This document shows positions 10,881 through 24,225 of a stretch of DNA of 64,000 nucleotides, one piece after another. Position numbers and translations under genes: made by a program. The number at the start of each line of letters is the position of its first letter. Position 1 is the first letter of the stretch. Source of the stretch: Paraphysomonas bandaiensis (taxonomy: Eukaryota > Protista > Chrysophyceae); NCBI GenBank assembly GCA_965644295.1, contig CBFFRP010000148.1:62001-126000 (forward strand), read 5' to 3'. The notes under the pieces were generated by a model. That model ran no database searches and had not been told where the DNA came from. It saw nothing but the letters and a program-made list of their open reading frames with translations.

Positions 10881-11210
10881 TTACACCTTACCACAAGCGA
10901 TGTAGAAATGAAAGTGGTTTGGAAGAGGAATCTTCTTACCAAGCACACGCTCCCAGAAGCTGATAGTAACGTAGTCAACGTATACCGGCTCGTCAGGAGA
11001 GAGTCCGTGTTCTCTAACAAAGTCAATCAGCGCCGGACACGTGTCGGCTATCTTATCTGATAAGAAATCTGCGGCATAGAGTAGTCCGCCAGTCGCGATC
11101 AAGTCGAGAAGTACACCTCCAGCTGATAGTGCTGAAACCTCTGCTAGGAAACGGTAGTGTTTGTATTTGCTGCGGATTTCATCTCGTCTTTCTCTTCCAT
11201 TATGAGGCAT
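10881..11210 (-). CDS. Small unknown protein (about 109 aa)
   Basis: MPHNGRERRDEIRSKY...PNHFHFYIACGKV has coding-like GC content in an AT-rich context and is divergent from OGFOD1. Confidence 0.6.
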   Translation of the reverse strand: MPHNGRERRDEIRSKYKHYRFLAEVSALSAGGVLLDLIATGGLLYAADFLSDKIADTCPALIDFVREHGLSPDEPVYVDYVTISFWERVLGKKIPLPNHFHFYIACGKV

Positions 11211-11473
11211 GATTGTGAGGGAGCTGAGTGTGGTTGATGGTCTTGTATGTACAGCCAGTGTATGGTATCGTATTCTCTGTTGCAATCTGAGATTTTGTGA
11301 TAGAAATATCCATGTATTCAATCAAATATCCAAAAAGTGGAGAGTTCTGATGGAATTTCTCGGCTATTTCCTCATTGTATTATGCGGTATTATGAGGTAA
11401 TACTGGACACTATACAGTCCATGCCTTCAGAGGTATGATCATGCTGTATGTAGGAATGTATATGGTAGGATAG

Positions 11474-11624
11474 CGTATCGGCAGTCAGTATTATATTTTT
11501 CGGAAACAAATTGAAGCATATATTCTCTATATTACTGTGATACAACTACGGCTGGAATACAGATAATTGTTGACTCAATATTAGAGGCATCTTGGAACAA
11601 AAATATACAAAGAATGCCGATACG
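11474..11624. mobile_element. ~150-bp MITE-like element in a divergent promoter (second copy about 54307-54448)
   Basis: Terminal inverted repeat cgtatcggca...tgccgatacg. 11498-11624 aligns ungapped with 54322-54448 (107/127 identical by manual count). Confidence 0.75.
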
Positions 11625-11703
11625 AGGTTGGTATACATGCTGTAGTATATATGTCGACCACTGATAGCCATATATATATGTTCCGTACAGCTACTGCATA
11701 TCT

Positions 11704-11812
11704 CTGTATGTATGTACATGCTGCTGTATGTGTATGTGTATATATATGTGTATGTGTATGTGTGGTAGATATATGTGTATATATATACACACATCTCTCC
11801 TATATATTCATA
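11704..11812. repeat. Degenerate TATG/TG/TA microsatellite
   Basis: Alternating purine-pyrimidine tract just upstream of the ATG at 11840. Confidence 0.85.
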
Positions 11813-11839
11813 TATATAGAACAACACATCATACACACC

Positions 11840-13528
11840 ATGTCAACAACAGAAAAGCGTCGTTCTTCATCAAAACGTATACGTTCATCACCTCCAATCA
11901 CTGAAAACCTTCAATCTCAATCAACACGTCAAATACACCGTTCATTACATGATACTTCCACACCATACAATCACTCTGTATTATACCCATTATGCCCTAA
12001 AGATTTCATGAAATCTGTATTTGAAGAAGCAAGAAGTAATATGACAGCTACTTTTAAAGAAACAGATTTATTTAAAGTCTTTCAAACGGGAGATTTGTCC
12101 TCTTTGTCCTCTTCTGAGAGTCCCATACCACATTTAATGAAACTCAGAGAGACAATCTATTCAAAAGAATTTAGAGAATTTGTACAAGCAATTACAGGAT
12201 GTACTGAATTAACTGATCGTATTGATTGTTCTGCTAATGCTTATGTTGGTGGATGTCATTTGCTTTGTCATGATGATGTGATTGGCACCCGTTGTGTCTC
12301 ATACATTATATACCTGACGGACCCAGATGAACCATGGAATGTTGAAGATGGTGGGGGGCTGGAGTTGTACCCGTTAGAGGAGGCTGCTGGGTATCACTCA
12401 AGTCAGCCCATGCAGGGCGTACCTGCTGCCAACCCCAGCAACGTGATTCTCCCGCGATTTAATTCGATGGTCTTGTTCCAGGTACAGCCTGGGCGAAGCT
12501 ATCACGCTGTACAGGAGGTGTTTGCTGATGGAAAGCCTCGACTGAGCATATCTGGATGGTATCATGCCGCCACCCCTCCCCCTGGTTCCAGTGGTGCCTC
12601 TTTGAGTCGCATAATGACCAAAGGAGACGTTGTTCCTCAGCGTACTCCTATTCCTGCGTCTATATACCCCCCAGAGACTGAAGACGAAGTAATAACTGAG
12701 GCAGACATGGGAATACTGAGCCAGTGGATTAATCCAATTTATTTGGAAGCCAAGTCGATAGCACAGATATGTGAAACTTTTGCAAAGGATTCGTCTATAC
12801 AGTTGCATGGGTTTCTGAAGGAGGACATAGCAACAATCATAACAGACTCCCTAGTTGAGGCCGATACAAGTGATGCTCTCGGCAAATCACGCCCTCCTAG
12901 ATCATATGCTGTGGGAACAGAAGGCTCGTGGGATATTCGAGGACCACCACACAAGCAGCGGTACCTTGAGTACACTGGGACAACACCTTCATCATCGAAG
13001 AAACTGAGCGGTTGCAGTGTTGTTGTAGGTGAGGTACTAGCGGACTTGACACAGTCCCTGTTTCGTTCCCCTGCTTTCTACAGATACCTGCGCATGATAA
13101 CTGGTATACAGCCTACTGCACACGCCGATGAGATTCGTCGCTTCCGTCCCGGGCTAGACTATACTGTGGCTCATCATGGTACTCTGGTGGACTCCTCTTG
13201 CTTGGATGCTACCCTATGCTTTGTGAGTAGTTCCACTGAAGAGGAGGCCGATGAGTGGGACAGCGGAGACGTGGGCGGATTCGAGTGCTACATAGAAGCA
13301 GACGAAGACGCAGATGCTGCGGCCACTGCTGAAGTATATAGGGCACAGGATGAAGATGATGACACACAGCTGCTGTCCATACAAGCAGGGTCAAACGTTC
13401 TTAATGTGGTTATGCGTGATCCAGGGGTGATGCGGTTCATAAAGTACGTGTCTCATCGTGCCCCCAGCAGTCGGTGGGATGTGTCTATGGAATTTGAAAT
13501 GGAGACGGCAGACACCAGTTCCAACTAA
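11840..13528 (+). CDS. OGFOD1: 2OG-Fe(II) prolyl 3-hydroxylase of ribosomal protein uS12 (Tpa1/Ofd1 family)
   Basis: FKETDLFKVFQTGDL, LLCHDDVIGTR (HxD), SYHAVQEV and RLSISGWY, plus a second degenerate domain with RRFRPGLDYT and RFIKYVS. Start placed at MSTTEK because the upstream frame is microsatellite. Confidence 0.93.
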   Translation: MSTTEKRRSSSKRIRSSPPITENLQSQSTRQIHRSLHDTSTPYNHSVLYPLCPKDFMKSVFEEARSNMTATFKETDLFKVFQTGDLSSLSSSESPIPHLMKLRETIYSKEFREFVQAITGCTELTDRIDCSANAYVGGCHLLCHDDVIGTRCVSYIIYLTDPDEPWNVEDGGGLELYPLEEAAGYHSSQPMQGVPAANPSNVILPRFNSMVLFQVQPGRSYHAVQEVFADGKPRLSISGWYHAATPPPGSSGASLSRIMTKGDVVPQRTPIPASIYPPETEDEVITEADMGILSQWINPIYLEAKSIAQICETFAKDSSIQLHGFLKEDIATIITDSLVEADTSDALGKSRPPRSYAVGTEGSWDIRGPPHKQRYLEYTGTTPSSSKKLSGCSVVVGEVLADLTQSLFRSPAFYRYLRMITGIQPTAHADEIRRFRPGLDYTVAHHGTLVDSSCLDATLCFVSSSTEEEADEWDSGDVGGFECYIEADEDADAAATAEVYRAQDEDDDTQLLSIQAGSNVLNVVMRDPGVMRFIKYVSHRAPSSRWDVSMEFEMETADTSSN

Positions 13529-14438
13529 AATATGATAATATAGTTGACGAACCCGAGGATGAGCAATGACTGGATCTGATTGGCACCGATCATATACTAT
13601 TAAAACTTGCAAGTGTCTTATTTACAAATACTAATTGCGGTACACTACATGACTTTGTTTGGATTTGGAGTTTGACATATCTGATGTGGTGCATTATCAC
13701 CTAGACAGATGTAGCATATAGAGTTGCTAAGAGGATATTAATCAGTTGCGTTTTTGCTCTGTTTCAAAGTGCGTGCTTGTCACTGTGGGGCTCAACAAAG
13801 AACAGACAGGAAGTATTAATATGACATCGTTTTTATGATTATATCTATTCCAGTAAAACCAGTAAAAATTAATCAACAATGTTTCGCATTGTCAACTTCT
13901 CTAGTAATTCTGGACAGACTTATATGCACCTGTATACAATCAAATATAAATAAAATAAACAGAAAAGATCTACTTAATAATAGCGCCTTCATACCTGTGA
14001 GCACTCGGCTAACATTAAATTTAGTCAAAGTGACCCTATACGTCTTTTCGTGAATAATGTCTGTGCAAGTAGTAAGTAGGCTTTAGCCAAAATTAGCCAG
14101 CGCATACGTTTGTTCAGTACATATGCCCTAGAATATTTGGAGTAGATTGCTTCAATAATGATATGATATTATATAGACATGTGGTAACTAGTAACTAGAT
14201 ACATGGCATTTTCTACTACAATAACTGTTCTCTATCATACCACAATATATATATACATTGATTTTTATTTTGGCTTCCACTGTACTTCTGTTTTCTTATG
14301 TACTCCTCATTTGGCGTGAAATCATTGACAAATAATACTACATTTTTATTTATGCGAAACCATTGTGCTATGACGATCAATTGTACCTTCAAGAATTTCT
14401 ATTCAGCTATAGTAACATTCAGCTATGAATCTGAAACA

Positions 14439-17400
14439 TCAACATGGGTGCTGTAAAAAACACTCTGCCAACAGTTTCATATCTTCTCTCAAAGATTTCC
14501 GTGACTCTTCATGAATCCATGGACACCTGAATACTTCAAACTGCTCGATGTGAGACTGAGATCTCTCAACAACTTCACCTGGTTTTAATTCGTAGGGCTT
14601 ACAGCTTTCATTGCTCGACTTCTGCCAAACCACCTCCAGCCATAGGCGACGTACTCGAGAAAACTTTCCCGGCTGCAAGTCTTTAGAACCGAATGACACT
14701 CTGGCGCTTTTGTAATTATCTTTCACAACATGGGCAGCAAGCGTCCTTTCCCCAATGAAACTTCCGGCCTCTGGAGCATCACCTGTTAAAAGTCGTCCAC
14801 CCTTTCCTGTCGCAGTAAGAGAATACACGCTGCTTCCACCATCCACCCCACCACCTTTGCTACGGGCCCCTCTACTCGCCCTTGACCGCCCCCCTACCGA
14901 TCCAGAATCCACCTCATCATCTGCTCCCTGAGCGCGTCTGCTGGCTTTTGCATAGAGTCTTTCCGTGAGTAGGATGGTATCGCCCACACATACGTCCCCC
15001 GTACACTCAATGCTAAAAGTTGAATTGGCGCTTCTTGCGCTGAAAATGTGTTTTGTCTCATTTCGTGGGAAAGTTCTGAATGTCAATGGGGCCGAAGGTG
15101 GACCCATCACCCCCTGTTGGTTCACACCCACGACACGTACCGCATACATGTTGTCTGGGACCAGCGTAGTAGCTACCCACAGATTCTCTTGTCCGACAAA
15201 GACAGTCGTAAACTCATCATCTCCTCTAGAGGGGGATAAGTTCTTAAGTTGCACGCAGAATTTGTGAGCCCCGTGCTCTGGTGGATACCACTTTATGCGA
15301 ACAGAATTGGGGGCGAGATAGATTAGCGTAGGCGGATCACATGCCAGTGGTGTTGTCATGACCACCAAAGGGGTGCTCAGCGCACTATTACTGCGGGAAC
15401 CCACATATCGCAACCTGAAGTGGTATAAACTATTAGGTTGTAATCCGGCTATCTCAGTGTGTCTCGATGTGCCTCTATAAGATACAACTGGCAGTGGCAC
15501 GTCGATATTAGCTGTTTCATCCCCTTTGATTGTAGCTGTTTTCTCTCTAGACACCCTAGCTGTTTTTTCCCTAGACATCCTCATTGGTGTCTTGCTCCGA
15601 GCTGAGAGTCCAGTCAGACTCTGCGAACCGCGCACTCCTCCGTCCCTCCCAGCGATTGACCTCACACGACTCTGCTCAGTGGGAGCAGTGGCTCCAAGAG
15701 AAACAGGCAATGTAGGGGGTATTTCGTCACTACGCTTGATGGTGTATGACACCTCATCCTTACGCCACCATCGACTAAATTCATCAAAGGATATTACACC
15801 GTCACCATCTGTGTCAAATACTGCAAATGCTTCATTGATTCGCTCGGCAGACACCTCAACGCCGAGGTCCTTAAGCAGATACTCAAACTCGGACGGTTCA
15901 ATAGTACCATTCCGGTCACTGCATGCAGGTGTTAAACTTCTCCACAAGCACCATAAGAGCTATATATGCACTCACCGGTCGTAGTTAGCAAATGCGGTTT
16001 CGATACTAACACCTCCATCCTCTGCTCCAACTCCGGCCCAGTCACCCAACATACGGTCAATTACACCCTTATCCCGAGAACTGGCTCCGTCCCGCCTTCC
16101 CTTCCAGCGCAGTACAATCTACCAAGGACATTACAATTTCAATACAGCAACACCAGACTCCACCTTTGTAGGAAATATCGCCGTGGATGATGTGAGGTCC
16201 GCTCCGATAGCACCTGTGGAAACTGTAGCAGTGCTACCAAGTTCTCCCTTCGCATAGAGCACAGGGGGAGCTGGAGTCTCCACCATAGTGTGTACAATGA
16301 CTGATTCCGAGCTGGGCCCCGACTCTCCGTCCACATTCACACCGTGTACACGAAATCTGTAGGTGTGCCCTGCCATTAGACGAGACACGGTGCACTGTCC
16401 GGCTTGGGACTTCATACATTCCTTGTACACATTCGTAAGCTCGCTCTCACACTGCTCTATGACGTACGACACTTGAGCGTGGGACGAGGCCTTGCTCGCT
16501 CCACCTCCCATGCCACCACCAGTAGAGACAGCAGACGCTCGCATACCGTCTCCGAACGACTTTGATATTGCAATGGAGTCACTAGTAAAACCTAAATCAT
16601 TGGTCAAACACCTATAACAGAATACACTGCTAGTGCTGTATACCTGCACTGATAAAGTACTTCTCGAACTCATCCCATGACAGCACATTATCATCATCCC
16701 CTTCTATCTGGTCAAAGAGGCCGTTTATTCCCTACGAGAAACATCAATCCAACATTGTAGATGCACGCACACACGCACCGTGCTTGGATTTAAGCCTTTA
16801 CGAACCAAAACTTTACGCACCATCTTCATGAGGTCGGGATTTGATGCTTCATGATCCTGAAAAATGAGACAGAGCTCCTCCCTACTTACCGCCCCGGACC
16901 CATCTGTGTCCGCTAACTCAAACAATTTCTTGAGTTGCTGCAATTGCTGCATAAACGTGTTTGAAAAAACCCACCGTAGGGTTACCGCGTCATGGGCGCA
17001 GTTAATAACGCGTGGGGGAGCGGGGGCCGCAGGTCGGGTGGTGACTACTTTGTAGGTGAATGGCCCCGGCCCAAACCCGTTAAAACCACGAATTCTAAAG
17101 GCGTATGAACAACCCGGCTCAAGATCATCCATCCAATATTTCAGAGCGAATCGAGCGTGAATGTCGGCGTCTTGTGGATCTCTATATATCTCATTGTATC
17201 GCCTTTCTCCCTGCTAATATATCACGTACATCCTATAATCGCCAACACACCCTACCGTCGCGTTCATCTTAACAACACCAGCATACTCCAGAGAATAAAA
17301 GGAAACAAGGTCGCTATTAGGGTCACCAGGCCCCCATCTCAATAGAACAGACCTTGTGAGTGCATTAGCATCCTAAACAAAAGTAAGCGCAGTACAGTCG

Positions 17401-20333
17401 ACGAAGAAAGGTACCTCTTCATCAACCTCCTCGTCGGTGAGTCCCGCTCCCCATAGACGAGGGGCAGAAGGAGGAGTACCTTCCGATATTAGTGTCTTCA
17501 GCTGTTCCTCAGCCCGGGCATCCCTGGGACAAAGAAATAAAAACAATAGCTACAATGCAGTGAAAATAAATTAGTCGCACTACGTTTACATACCTGGTGA
17601 TATCAGCAAGCCTCTTTAATGCTCTCTTCCGGTCGGCAAGAGTCCAAGTGCTATATGGGCATGATGGAGTCGTGTCCTTCTTGTCTTTTCCGTTACCGCC
17701 TTCCGGATCTTCTGCATACGACAATCAGAAATTAATCCAGCATTCAATACAGGCGTGCTACCATTATCGAAGTCCGATCCGTAGCCATCATCTTCGTCGT
17801 CGTCCTGTTGCTTGCCCTCCTCTTCTCTAAGGACACGGTAGCTACATCCATATGAGAATATCGTTACTAATAATTGATGATATATTTATACCGTTTTAAC
17901 ATATCCTCTCTTCTCTTTCGTTCAGCAAGCTCCACACGTACTCGAGATTCTCCGTTCTTTAACTTTATTATCTCCGTTTTCTCACCCCCACGCTTCTCTG
18001 TACTACCACGCACACTGCCGTCACAGCTTCCCCTGTCGTCAAGTACGTTCTTTCCCTCTTTACGAAGTTGCTCCTTCGTGGGCTCTGAAACAGCATAGGC
18101 ATTGTTCATACCAGTCTATACATACCAAATGAAACCATTACATAGAAAGAACAAAACAGACCTTTTTGCAGGTTGTACGCCAGCAGCACTTTCGTTTAAT
18201 AGTAGCCAATGCACCAGAATTATTGTTTCTCATGGGTCCCGTAAACTCCAGAAACTCACTCATAGTCACAACCCCATCGCCGTTAGAGTCGAATGCATCT
18301 ATTAGAGCATTCACTTCATTCTTCTTCATGCTGACACCCATATCGATAAGTAACCGCTGCATGTCTCGTCGGCCAAGTGCTATAGAAGCTACCATCTTTT
18401 CTTTCTCCTCTTCATCAAGTTCGTATTCGGATCGAGCTCGCATTCTGTTCCAACGCTTCTCCGCAAATGTCTTGAATGCCGCCTTGAAGTCTAAACCAGG
18501 TCGAAGAAGCTTCATAAATGTTTCACGCACCTGAGAACTTATAGCAGAATGCACATCACATGCTTTCGGCTCAAAGTAGTCCCAAAGTGCAGTTGCAAAC
18601 GAAAATGAAATTGCCTTTCGATCGGTGCCCTCAAGTCTGCTGTGACTGTTACTCCATCGAAACCACTCGGAAAACAAAGTCCTGTCCACCTTCTTCAAGA
18701 GCTCACCAATCTCAATACAGTCTTGTAGAGCATCGTGCGAAAGGCTGCAAAGCGGCTGCGCTATCTCTCCGTACGCTTGAGTGTCTGAGTGGGGACGACT
18801 TTCAGGCTCTGGACTTGGTACTAGTCCTAAATATCGCACCGCTTGTTCCTTGTTGGCTTTGAGGACCGACCACTCCTCGTACGCTCGCGCACTATCTTCC
18901 GCAGCTTTTTCTTGCTGCTCCTTTAGTTCACGAACAGTAGGGTTGTTCTTGACCTGCGAGCCGAGTGAAAAGAAGAAGCCAAAACTTGCAAACCTACCAT
19001 CTTCCTGAAGGCCTCAGTGTTATACTCACTGTCGGGGTCTGTATCGAAATTATCTTTGGCAACAAACCCCTTTTGCAGGAGCTGTTTGCGACTTTTCTCA
19101 AGGTCTCCTTCCATGCCTTGCCTGCCCTTGTGGGTTGCATGCACGTACTTGAGACCTGTGCAAATATAAGGCTTTGAAGATTGCTGAGCAGAAGTGTAGA
19201 AAGTACGAACCCGTTCCCATCATGAGGTCAACAGTTGTCTGTGGGGCAGCATCCTCCTTGCGACGTACACCAGACACAGCCCCGCCAAAACTCATTCTTG
19301 GCCCAGCTGACTTGGGGCGAGGGCGTCTACCCGCAACAGTATGCGGATCAAACTCCGAGGGAGGCAGGCGTATCCGCAGACTATTATATGTAAACAATGA
19401 AGATTAGAAAAATAAAAATGCACCCTTAATACACACCCGTCTTTGTGTTTCACGAATTGTTCGTGAGATATCTTAGACATCTGAATCTTTTCGGCCTTTT
19501 CCTCTCTCAACTTTTCGGCCTTCTTGTCTTCATCATCTTCGACCCATTGCTTAAGGCGCTTCACGCTCAGACTAGTGAGGCAACTCCTCTCGGCAGCACT
19601 AGCCACAGCATCCGGATCCGTCATCACCTGATTCTTTCCAGCGGCTGTCTTTAAAGCCCGCTGCTGTGCACGGGAAACAGACTCTAATACACGCAGTCGA
19701 AGTTCTTCTTTTGCTTCTCGCCATACGCGCCCGCACTCTTTCATGAATACCATGTTTTGAAGACGCTGATCGTTGGTGATTGGCTTGGCCTTTTCACCAG
19801 GTTTGGGAACTCCAGGGAAGTTGTACTTCAGGGAGAGAAGCGTGTAGTTCTCTGCCCCTGGAGGTTTGTCCAACATTTCCTTGAAACCGCCGGAATATTC
19901 TGCCACCTCCGCCTCTGTGAGTTCTATATTACTGAAACTGTGGTTTTCCATAGCCCATCTCTGCCACGCTGCTTTCATAGTCTTCTTTTTACCCATCTTC
20001 TTACGTTCCTCTTGCGGTACCTTTATAATAACATCATTCACCATAATACTAATAATATATATGACTAACCTGTCTTGAAGGCTCTGTCTCTCCAACCATT
20101 CGATCAACTGCAGCAGCACATATAGCTGCCTCTTTAAGTGATTCCTCATCTTCTGCTCTACATGAATCAATCTTACTAAATAACTGTATTGAAAGATCAT
20201 TACAAAGAATACAAAGAGATGAATTATATACCTCTAGACCCTTTTCTAATAGTTCTTTCCTTAAATGCCATTGTTTTATTCTCTCAGCTCCTCTTTCCTT
20301 TAATGACGACTCATTCTGAGACATGGAAGGCAT
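14439..20333 (-). CDS. Large multi-exon protein: coiled-coil N-terminus, EF-hands and multiple fibronectin type III domains
   Basis: EF loops DSNGDGVVTMSEF, DTDGSGAVSREE, DRDRNGTIEPSEF and DTDGDGVISFDEF. FN3 motifs LEPGCSYAFRIRGFN, LMAGHTYRFRVHGVN, LQPNSLYHFRL and LVPDNMYAVRV. Consecutive minus-strand ORFs are joined by short GT-AG introns; start and some exon edges are approximate. Confidence 0.85.
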
Positions 20334-20674
20334 AGGGATAGTATGATTCACTTCAGGATTATAGAGATAAGTGATTTCTTTGAGAGATCGATGTTTATAT
20401 CATGAGAGTAGAGGTCAGAGTGTATTGTATGGAGAGTTATGTATGATATGGCATGTAATGTATGGAATATTCAGTACCATATCAACAACTAGAAGTACAT
20501 AGAGATACATATACAGCAGTGTACTGTACATACATATAGTGGATGTACTGTATACAGTGTACTTCATACACTTTTCAAAAATATGAAAGTCAGCAGTTAT
20601 GAAGTGAATTATATACGGGAAGTGGAGGCTATGTACGGGTAGGGAGAAGTTTGCACGGGGAGTTATCGTCCTTT

Positions 20675-20944
20675 CATACATACATACATACATACATACA
20701 TACATACATACATACATACATACATACATACATACATACATACATACATACATACATACATACATACATACATACATACATACATACATACATACATACA
20801 TACATACATACATACATACATACATACATACATACATACATACATACATACATACATACATACATACATACATACATACATACATACATACATACATACA
20901 TACATACATACATACATACATACATACATACATACATACATACA
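20675..20944. repeat. (CATA)n microsatellite, about 270 bp
   Basis: Perfect array between the divergent starts at 20333 (-) and 21106 (+). Confidence 0.99.
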
Positions 20945-21105
20945 GCAGTATCTGCAGGCATCCATACACCAGCATGTATATGTATCTCATATCTCATCAT
21001 TTATCTCTCACTCCCCACAACATAACCCCGTAACACCATAACCCAATCTCTCTCTACCAGCTCCATTATTCTATCACTATCTGTCTCATAACATATACCT
21101 AAACG

Positions 21106-24100
21106 ATGCAGATGCCTGATTGGTACGTATATATCCACACACTATCATACATACATACATACCCATGTATACATACATACACACATATATATATATAATA
21201 GTATCATATAATACACATACATACATATATATACGTATATACTAATCTATATTTTAGGATACCAGTATCTCGTAATTATGAGAACGAGAGCATCAGTGTG
21301 GCTCGGCAGGGTGTGGAGATCCATCCATTATTACCTCGCAGAGCTCCAAAACCAAAAGAAATAAAATCTATTAAGAAAAACACATCTTCTCATATGAAAT
21401 CATCATCATCTAGTTCGAATCCATTGGATGGAAGTGATCCTTTAGGTGGAGGTTCATCGGATCCTCTTGCAGACCCACTCTCTGATCCACTATCTGGGAT
21501 GTCTGTATCAGATGATCCTCTCTCTTCTATGCTAGGGTCAGACGCAGGGTCCAAGCTTGAGCAAAGGAAACAGACTGCTTCAGAGGCTTCTCGCCAAGTA
21601 ACCAAGGACTTACACACAACTCGCCTCAATACCCCATGGAGTATAATGAAGCAGCAGATATCTCGTGACTACACGGTTGTGGGAAACATAACCGTGGGTG
21701 CTTCCTCCATACGTGAGTTTGCGGGGTCAGGCGTAGAGGATGGATCCTCCCATAGGAAAGTGGACAGGTATACGAAGCGGCTAGCCGGTCTTGAGCGTAA
21801 AGAAATATCCGACGATAAAATCGAACTGACACAGAAAGAGTACGCGGCTCACATTCACAAATTAGAGGGGGACCTACACACCGCTTGGGCAAATGATGAG
21901 CGTGTACAGTCGCTGAAGATTGCCATTCAGATCGCCAAGCTGCTTGCTGACACTAATGTCCCTCTGTTCTACCCGTCTATATTCGTTATGGTAACAGATG
22001 TACTGGAGTGCTTCGGTGACATGGTGTTCCTTCGGTTAAAAAACAAAGCAGAGGAAGGACTTGTCGATCCCAATAAACCGACTCGAAAGAAGCCTAGACT
22101 TCCCGAGAACTTTACTGCTGCTGATGTCCCTACGGTTGCGAAAGAAACCTGCCGAAACTGGTTCTATAAGACAGCATGCATCCGAGAGCTGTTGCCCCGT
22201 ATATATGTCGAAACTGCTCTGCTCAAATGTTTCCGGTTTCTTGCCGATGGAGAGAATGCTCAAATCCTGGCCCGACTTGGTTCCATTGTGAGGGGAGTGG
22301 GTGACCCACTTGTCAGTCTCTACGCCAGGGCATATGTCGTGGTAGTGGGTAACGAGATTGCACCTCACGCTTCACAGCACACTATGGGTATGGTACATGA
22401 TGTTCTCTCCAGTTTTGATATGGTTGACTCAACACATCACCAACAAGAGATGAAACGCTGCAAAATATCCCGCTCTGAGTATCTACACGTGATGTCGCCG
22501 GGGCTGCAGTGGCTTCTGAAGTCTGTTGGAAAGAGTAGTAATAAAGAAACTTTCCAAGGGCTACTACAGTTGTACCGTGAGAAATGTAACGATTCGATGG
22601 TGCTCAAGCACATAATAGATGCCTTCGATGCATCTCACTATGCTCATGCTTCCATCGGTATGGCGACTCTCATTAGGTCTGCAGGGGTATCCTGCGTTCC
22701 AGCTGTGGATCTATACGCTGCGTTAGGTCGCCAGCTGGTACTACACCCACCACCAGAAGAACAGAGACTACCGCTGCTTAATGATGTATGGAAAGCGGTC
22801 TCGAAGAGTGACGACATAGGAGGGTATATCCGCTGTTGTTCTGCTTGGTTGGAGGTCATTCATCGACACTACTCAGAAAGGGAGTGTCAGATCTTACTTA
22901 CGGATTTAACATTGAAACTTGATGCACTTAACTCCGAGCTCAAGGAAGATGACATGCGACAATTGGAAGTTCTTCTTCGGGGCCTCATCCAGCAGGCCTC
23001 TATGTCGGGCAGTTCACTTCTTACATCCGATCACCTCCTAAAGATACTCGATTTTTTCAAGGGAAGTAAGAAGGTAGAGCTATGTAAGGACGTGCTGGAC
23101 TCGTTTAAGTCCCACAAAACTACCAATGACGCAGTCCTCATTCACACTATGTTTGATATTGGGCGAACTCTGCACGACTCAGTGGATTCCCTATCTGATG
23201 ATGGCGAGAAACGACACATCGCAACGCTAATATGCGCCTTCATAGACAAGATAGATTTTGGTAAAGATCTGGAGCAGCAGCTGAGTGTGTATGTTGAGTG
23301 CCGGTCTATTTTCTGCAATTTAGACCTTGTACAAGACAAACTAATTATGTGCGTGTGTGCACTAACAGTAAAGGCTTATCGGTACATGCGTGGGCGTCAC
23401 TCAAAAAAAACTGCCGCGTTCTCCAAGGCGTGTCTCGCATTTTGTCACATTACTACACCGTCCATATCTGATGTCCCCAGAAAATTGCAGCTCCTGCTAT
23501 ATTGCGCTCAAGTTTCGCTTCTGAACCAAAACCTACCACAAACTGATACATTTCTAAAGGCTGCTATATCCCTTATCCCAGAGATGCCAACGCATGAGGA
23601 GATCGACAGCAAGCGCGTGCACACGGAAGAACGACTTTCTGTGTTCCTACGATCCCTGCTATCTCTCTTGGTGGTAGCTCCAGGGCATCCTGAGCATGGC
23701 CCTTTCTACATAGTGCAAGGGCTATTGAATGCCCTCCCTCGATACTCTTGGCAGCCCACCACACAGCACCAGACTAAAGTATACATCGACATGTTGGCAT
23801 TGTTATGCACTTTTGCGCAGCGCAGCTTTCCGTACAAAATTCCATATGTTGAGAGCAATGACAAATTATATGGAGGCACTGCGGATTATATGGCAGAGCT
23901 GGGTGAAACGATTACCCTAGTAATGCAGGAGATTGTGAAGCAGCTCTCGCAGTTAGGAGAGCGACCGGAGGCTGTGGCGAAAGCGAATCAAGCGAAACTT
24001 GTTTTGGACCTAGCGAGTACTATATGCTGTCGAATGGAGATGACACCCGAAGTTGCCTCGTTTGTTGTGAAACTACTGGAACTTGCAAAACGCAACAAAG

Positions 24101-24225
24101 GAGCGTTTACGCGTAGCGACCTGAAGTACATGACCGCCGCCCTTGATGATATGAGGCGCAGGGTAGACAGCTCTGCTGGTGCCTCTGTGCTTAACCCTGC
24201 GATACGAGCCCTTCTACAGGAGTAA
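21106..24225 (+). CDS. VPS35L: VPS35 endosomal sorting factor-like (Retriever subunit, C16orf62)
   Basis: Exon 1 21106-21122, intron 21123-21257, giving MQMPDWIPVSRNYENE...HPL. Family motifs FYPSIFVMVTD, KETCRNWFYKTACIRELLPRIYVE, RGVGDPL, DLEQQLSVYVECR and VESNDKLYGG. Confidence 0.95.

Noticed and set aside
11651-11839. N-terminal extensions of ORF-track calls at 11651, 26682 and 54874
   Set aside because: They run through promoter microsatellite or RY-rich DNA. Downstream ATGs (11840, 27030, 54967) fit better.
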